Shown here in pieces: positions 28,366 to 32,000 of a DNA stretch of 32,000 nt. Position numbers and translations under genes: made by a program. Under the pieces are notes generated by a model. It had not been told where the DNA came from. It did no database searches and saw only the letters and a list, made by a program, of their open reading frames with translations. The DNA is taken from assembly GCF_000025685.1 (NCBI RefSeq), contig NC_013967.1, forward strand, positions 2,760,001-2,792,000. Direction: 5' to 3'. Position 1 is the stretch's first letter; each line of letters starts with the position of its first letter. This stretch comes from Haloferax volcanii DS2. Lineage in GTDB: Archaea; Halobacteriota; Halobacteria; Halobacteriales; Haloferacaceae.

Positions 28366-29097
28366 TCATCGGCCCTCGCAGGTCGAGTCGAGACACCGCC
28401 GGCCGCGACCCGTCTCGAACGTCGGCAGGCCGCAGTCGCAGTCGTCTCCGACGACGCCCGCGGGGAGCGAGAAGGCCGTCTCGCACTCGGGATAAGCGTC
28501 GCAGCCGGCGAGCAGGCGACCGCTCCGCCGGAGGATTCGGAGCGGCGACCCGCAGTCCGGACACGACCACTCGCCGTCGAACCGGTCTTTCACGTGGTCG
28601 TCCAGCGGGTCGCACCGGCGGTCGATGCACACCTCGAACGGCGCGCCGCGCTCGACGCGCATCAGCGGCAGGCCGCAGTCGTCGCACGTCTCGTCGAGGA
28701 CGGTCGCGCCCGCAGGGAGGCGATACTCGGTCCCCGAGTCGAGGGCGACGACGGAGCCGTTGGTCCTGACGAGCGGGTCGCCGGTGTCGGGATGCGAGCC
28801 GACCGGGACGCCCGCGTCGCTCGCGGGGTACTCGGCGCGGCCGGTCACGTCGTTCGAGTCGACGGTGAGGGTCTGGTCGCCCGCGCGGGCCACGAGGCCG
28901 AACGACCCCGGTCCCGACTCGACGGTCAGCGAGTCGGCGCGGGTCAGCCACGCGACGGGCTGGTAGCCCCCGGCGTCGTGAACGAGGACGGTTCTGTCGG
29001 GCTTGGCCACGACGACGACCCGGCCGCGCTGGGTGCGGTCGCGGGAGCCTTCGAAGCTGACGGTGCAGTCGCCGGCGAAGACGCGTATCGAATCCAT
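28366..29097 (-). CDS. NucS-N-terminal-like domain protein fused to three topoisomerase-type C4 zinc ribbons (243 aa), with no RecB-like nuclease domain
   Basis: The N-terminal CTVSFEGSRDRTQRGRVVVVAKPDRTVLVHDAGGYQPVAWL parallels the NucS segment [32 protein letters not shown]...PVNW. The C-terminal half has CDDCG..(x)..C..RRC, CPDCGSPL...GCDAYPEC and CDCG...C..STC. Confidence 0.7.
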   Translation of the reverse strand: MDSIRVFAGDCTVSFEGSRDRTQRGRVVVVAKPDRTVLVHDAGGYQPVAWLTRADSLTVESGPGSFGLVARAGDQTLTVDSNDVTGRAEYPASDAGVPVGSHPDTGDPLVRTNGSVVALDSGTEYRLPAGATVLDETCDDCGLPLMRVERGAPFEVCIDRRCDPLDDHVKDRFDGEWSCPDCGSPLRILRRSGRLLAGCDAYPECETAFSLPAGVVGDDCDCGLPTFETGRGRRCLDSTCEGR

Positions 29098-29199
29098 GCG
29101 GCGGGGTGGTCGCCGGTTCCGATTTGAACCTACGTGCGAGGGTTCACCGGGCATTCCGCGGCACGAAGCTCTTTGGTCGGTCGCGGCCGAGGGCGAATC

Positions 29200-29850
29200 A
29201 TGGACGCGAACGCCGTGCTGTTCGACATGGACGGAGTGTTAGTCGATTCCGAGCAGTACTGGCACGCCTTCGAGGACGAGTGGGTGTTCGCCGACGCCAT
29301 CGAGTCCGGCGACCCCGACCACGAGGAGATAACGGGGATGAACTTCCGCGAGATATACGACTACCTCGACGCGGAGTACGGGACGACCGTCACGAAAGAC
29401 GAGTTCGTCGCGGCGTACCACGAGAACTCAGAGAGCGTCTACGGCGAACACGTCGTCCTGATGGACGGCGCGGGGGAGCTGTTTTCGGACCTCCGCGCGG
29501 CGGGCAAGAAACTCGCAATCGTCTCGTCGGCCCCGCAGGACTGGATTTCGACCGTCCGCGAGCGATTCGACCTCGACCCGCTCGACCTCGTGCTCTCGGC
29601 CGACGACATCGACAAACCGGGGAAGCCCGAACCCCACATCTACGAGCACGCCGCCGCCGAGTTCGGCGTCGCCCCCGAGGAGTGCGTCGTCATCGAGGAT
29701 TCGATAAACGGCATCGAGGCGGCCGTGCGGTCCGGCGCGTACACCATCGCCTACCGCGGCGGGCAGAACGCCGACCTCGACCTCTCGCGGGCGGATAGAA
29801 TCGTCGACGGGGCGGCGGAGTTGCGGGCGGCGCTGTTGGGCGAGGAGTAA
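29200..29850 (+). CDS. HAD superfamily hydrolase, subfamily IA (beta-phosphoglucomutase/phosphatase-like)
   Basis: Motif I is FDMDGVLVDSE, motif II is AIVSSA, and motifs III/IV are KPGKPEP...VIEDSINGIEAA. I chose ATG 29200 (MDANAVLFDMDG). Confidence 0.85.
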   Translation: MDANAVLFDMDGVLVDSEQYWHAFEDEWVFADAIESGDPDHEEITGMNFREIYDYLDAEYGTTVTKDEFVAAYHENSESVYGEHVVLMDGAGELFSDLRAAGKKLAIVSSAPQDWISTVRERFDLDPLDLVLSADDIDKPGKPEPHIYEHAAAEFGVAPEECVVIEDSINGIEAAVRSGAYTIAYRGGQNADLDLSRADRIVDGAAELRAALLGEE

Positions 29851-29898
29851 GCGAGAGGCGACCGAGACGAGATTACAAACGACCGAACCCCGACCGAA

Positions 29899-29924
29899 CG
29901 CGGCTGCCGCCGCGCTTTTCTATT
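29899..29924 (+). terminator. Hairpin (CGCGGC-TGCC-GCCGCG) followed by CTTTTCTATT, a candidate terminator of the HAD gene
   Basis: The stem-loop and T-tract were read directly from the sequence, in the convergent gap. The T-tract abuts the stop codon of the helicase gene on the other strand. Confidence 0.35.
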
Positions 29925-32000
29925 CGACCCGAACCGTCCGCGACTCCCGAATCGGGAGCAGCGGCAGGTCGGGGAACGCGACCTCCACGACGAACTCCAG
30001 TTCGTCGTCCGCCGCGCCGAAGACGCCGACGGGGACGGTCACCTCGTCGGAGAGGTAGCACGTCTTCGTCGACATCTCAACGTCGTTGACGGTGACGCGG
30101 ACACCGACCGAGCCGCCGCCGCCGTCGTTTCGAACGCGGATGTCGTGCATGTCGCTCTCGCCGCGGGCGACCGACTCGGGGAACTCGCCCCAGTCGATGT
30201 CGGGCGCGGGGAGGTCCTTCGCGCTCTCGATGACGCGCTCGGCGACGCCCTGCGAGAGGCCCGCGCGAGTGAGTTCCTTCACGCCGGCGTCGACCACGTC
30301 GGCCGGGGTCGAGAGGCCGCCGGTGGCGAGCTTTCGCGCGCGACCGGGACCGATGCCGTCGACGGCCGTGAGCGCCGCGGCGTCGCTGCTGACGCCGTTG
30401 TCGACGCGGGCCTCGACGCGCTTCGCGAGGTTGGCCGCGCGGGCGTCCGCGAAGGTGTCGAGGAACTCCCGGAGCGCCGAGAGGAGTCGGAGCGCGTTCT
30501 GCTTGATGACCCACGCGTCGCTCCGGAGTTCGCTCGGCGTCGAGTTCGCCATGCTGGCGTGGAGGATGGCGAGCACCTTCTTCGGGCCGTCTTCGAGCGT
30601 GGTCGAGACGCCCGTCAGCACCGAGTCGACGGCGTCCACCTCGGACTGGCGCGCCGACACCTGTCGGAAGTCGGCCGCGCCCGCGACGGTTTCGAGGACG
30701 TCGTCGGCGGTGATGCGGTCCCGTTCCGCGAGGTCCGCGAAGCGCGAGGCGGTCCCGAGTCGGAGATAGTACTTCGAGGTGAGTCGCCCGAGCGGGGTCG
30801 CGTCGATGGAGAGGTCGTCGTCCATCTCGACGAAGCCGCGGGAGACGAGGCGGTCGAGCACGTCGCGGACGCGCGAGCGGAGGTCCTCGAAGTCGTAGGC
30901 CGCCGGGTTCGACTGCGCCCGCCGGTAGTAGAACGTCGTCTCCAGCCACGACATGACGTCGTCGAGGTCGCGGATGGTCCCCATGGCGATTTCGGCGTTG
31001 AGGTGCGAGTCGAGGTCCTCTGCGAGGCGCGACTCGATTTCCTTGCCCTCGCGGAGCAGGCGGCGGTACTTGTTCTGGTCCGAGCGGTCGCAGACGACCC
31101 AGCCGTAGCCGACGTCGTCGTAGCCGGGGCGGCCGGCGCGGCCGAGCATCTGGAGGATGTCGAGCGGGGAGATGTCCACCTCGCCTTCGAGGGGGTCGTG
31201 GTGTTTCGTGTCGCGGATGACGACACAGCGGGCGGGGAGGTTCACGCCCCACGCGAGCGTGGAGGTCGAAAACAGGAGCTGAATCTTGCCCTCCTTGAAC
31301 CACTCCTCGACGGCCTCGCGGTCGTCCCGCGAGAGGCCGGCGTGGTGGAAGCCGACGCCGTCCAAGACGCCCTTGGCGAGCGAGTCGTTGCTCAGTTCCT
31401 TCGCCTCGTTGTGGAAGTCGTAGTCGCCGCGCGCGCCGATGGGCACGTCGCGCTTTGCGAGTTCGTCGCGGGCCTTGGCGGCCGCGCGGACGGCGTCCTG
31501 CCGCGAGGAGACGAAGACGAGCGACTGGCCGCCGTCGCGGATGTGGGGCTCCGCGAGGTCGAACGCCCGGTACAGTCGGCGGTACTTGTCGGCGAAGGAG
31601 TTCTCGCCGTGGGTGTAGGTCTTGACGCCCGCGTGGAGGTCGACGGGGCGATAGTCGTCACCGAACTCGAAGGTGGTCTCGTCCGGCGCGTCGAGCCACG
31701 CCGCCACGTCGTCGATGTTGGGCATGGTCGCAGACAGCGCGACGATTCGGGGGTCGCAGATGCGGCGCATCCGCGAGACGGTGACTTCGAGGACGCCGCC
31801 GCGGGTCTCCGAATCCAGCAGGTGGACCTCGTCGATGACGACGCAGTCGACGTCCTCGATGAACGAGTAGCGCGCGGAGTCGTGTTTCCGGGTCGCGGAG
31901 TCGGTCTTCTCGGGCGTCATCACGAGGATGTCGGCGCGGGCGGCCCGGCGGGGATTCAGGTCGCGCTCGCCGGTGACGACGTAGACGGAGTAACCGAGGT
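29920..32000 (-). CDS. Ski2-like superfamily 2 helicase with a complete Sec63-type C-terminal unit (Brr2/ASH-Ski2-like). It is 5'-truncated by the window edge.
   Basis: The frame stays open upstream of the track's Met at 31923 (...GERDLNPRRAARADILVMTPEK). Helicase motifs present are DEVH (II), SAT (III), VFVSSR, HHAGL and QMLGRAGRPG (VI). These are followed by a winged-helix/ratchet region, a helix-hairpin-helix (LTAVDGIGPGRARKL) and a terminal beta-rich domain. Confidence 0.88.
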   Translation of the reverse strand, partial: LGYSVYVVTGERDLNPRRAARADILVMTPEKTDSATRKHDSARYSFIEDVDCVVIDEVHLLDSETRGGVLEVTVSRMRRICDPRIVALSATMPNIDDVAAWLDAPDETTFEFGDDYRPVDLHAGVKTYTHGENSFADKYRRLYRAFDLAEPHIRDGGQSLVFVSSRQDAVRAAAKARDELAKRDVPIGARGDYDFHNEAKELSNDSLAKGVLDGVGFHHAGLSRDDREAVEEWFKEGKIQLLFSTSTLAWGVNLPARCVVIRDTKHHDPLEGEVDISPLDILQMLGRAGRPGYDDVGYGWVVCDRSDQNKYRRLLREGKEIESRLAEDLDSHLNAEIAMGTIRDLDDVMSWLETTFYYRRAQSNPAAYDFEDLRSRVRDVLDRLVSRGFVEMDDDLSIDATPLGRLTSKYYLRLGTASRFADLAERDRITADDVLETVAGAADFRQVSARQSEVDAVDSVLTGVSTTLEDGPKKVLAILHASMANSTPSELRSDAWVIKQNALRLLSALREFLDTFADARAANLAKRVEARVDNGVSSDAAALTAVDGIGPGRARKLATGGLSTPADVVDAGVKELTRAGLSQGVAERVIESAKDLPAPDIDWGEFPESVARGESDMHDIRVRNDGGGGSVGVRVTVNDVEMSTKTCYLSDEVTVPVGVFGAADDELEFVVEVAFPDLPLLPIRESRTVRVE

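Overview
This is a high-GC chromosomal segment of haloarchaeal type. The predicted proteins are strongly acidic, and the rRNA sequences are halobacterial. From memory the 16S looks Haloferax-like, but I cannot verify that here. The centre of the window (about 6.6-12.1 kb, minus strand) holds a complete rRNA operon. It runs tandem promoters, 16S, tRNA-Ala(UGC), 23S, 5S, then a hairpin/T-tract terminator, and includes the long inverted repeats that form the 16S and 23S processing stems. The flanks are mostly housekeeping genes. They include an ATZ/TRZ-type amidohydrolase, a GNAT acetyltransferase, the YchF/OLA1 ATPase, an MC1 chromatin protein and pyrD. They also include valS, a PLP trans-sulfuration enzyme, pheS-pheT, a divergent FAD oxidoreductase / ornithine-cyclodeaminase-family pair and endA-trpS. 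The remainder are a HAD hydrolase and a 5'-truncated Ski2/Brr2-like helicase. Several lineage-specific hypothetical proteins are also present. I found no CRISPR array, transposase, integrase or recognisable defence or toxin module, and no convincing novel multi-gene system. The most unusual items are: (1) a NucS-N-terminal-like domain fused to three topoisomerase-type zinc ribbons, directly upstream of a translationally coupled endA-trpS pair; (2) a 57-bp direct repeat that duplicates the 3' end of pheT plus its T-rich trailer; (3) a Cys4 motif in a long TrpRS; (4) a Sec-signal tandem-domain glycoprotein with a poly-acidic tail. Many long ORFs in the supplied track are alternative-frame or antisense artefacts of the high GC content.
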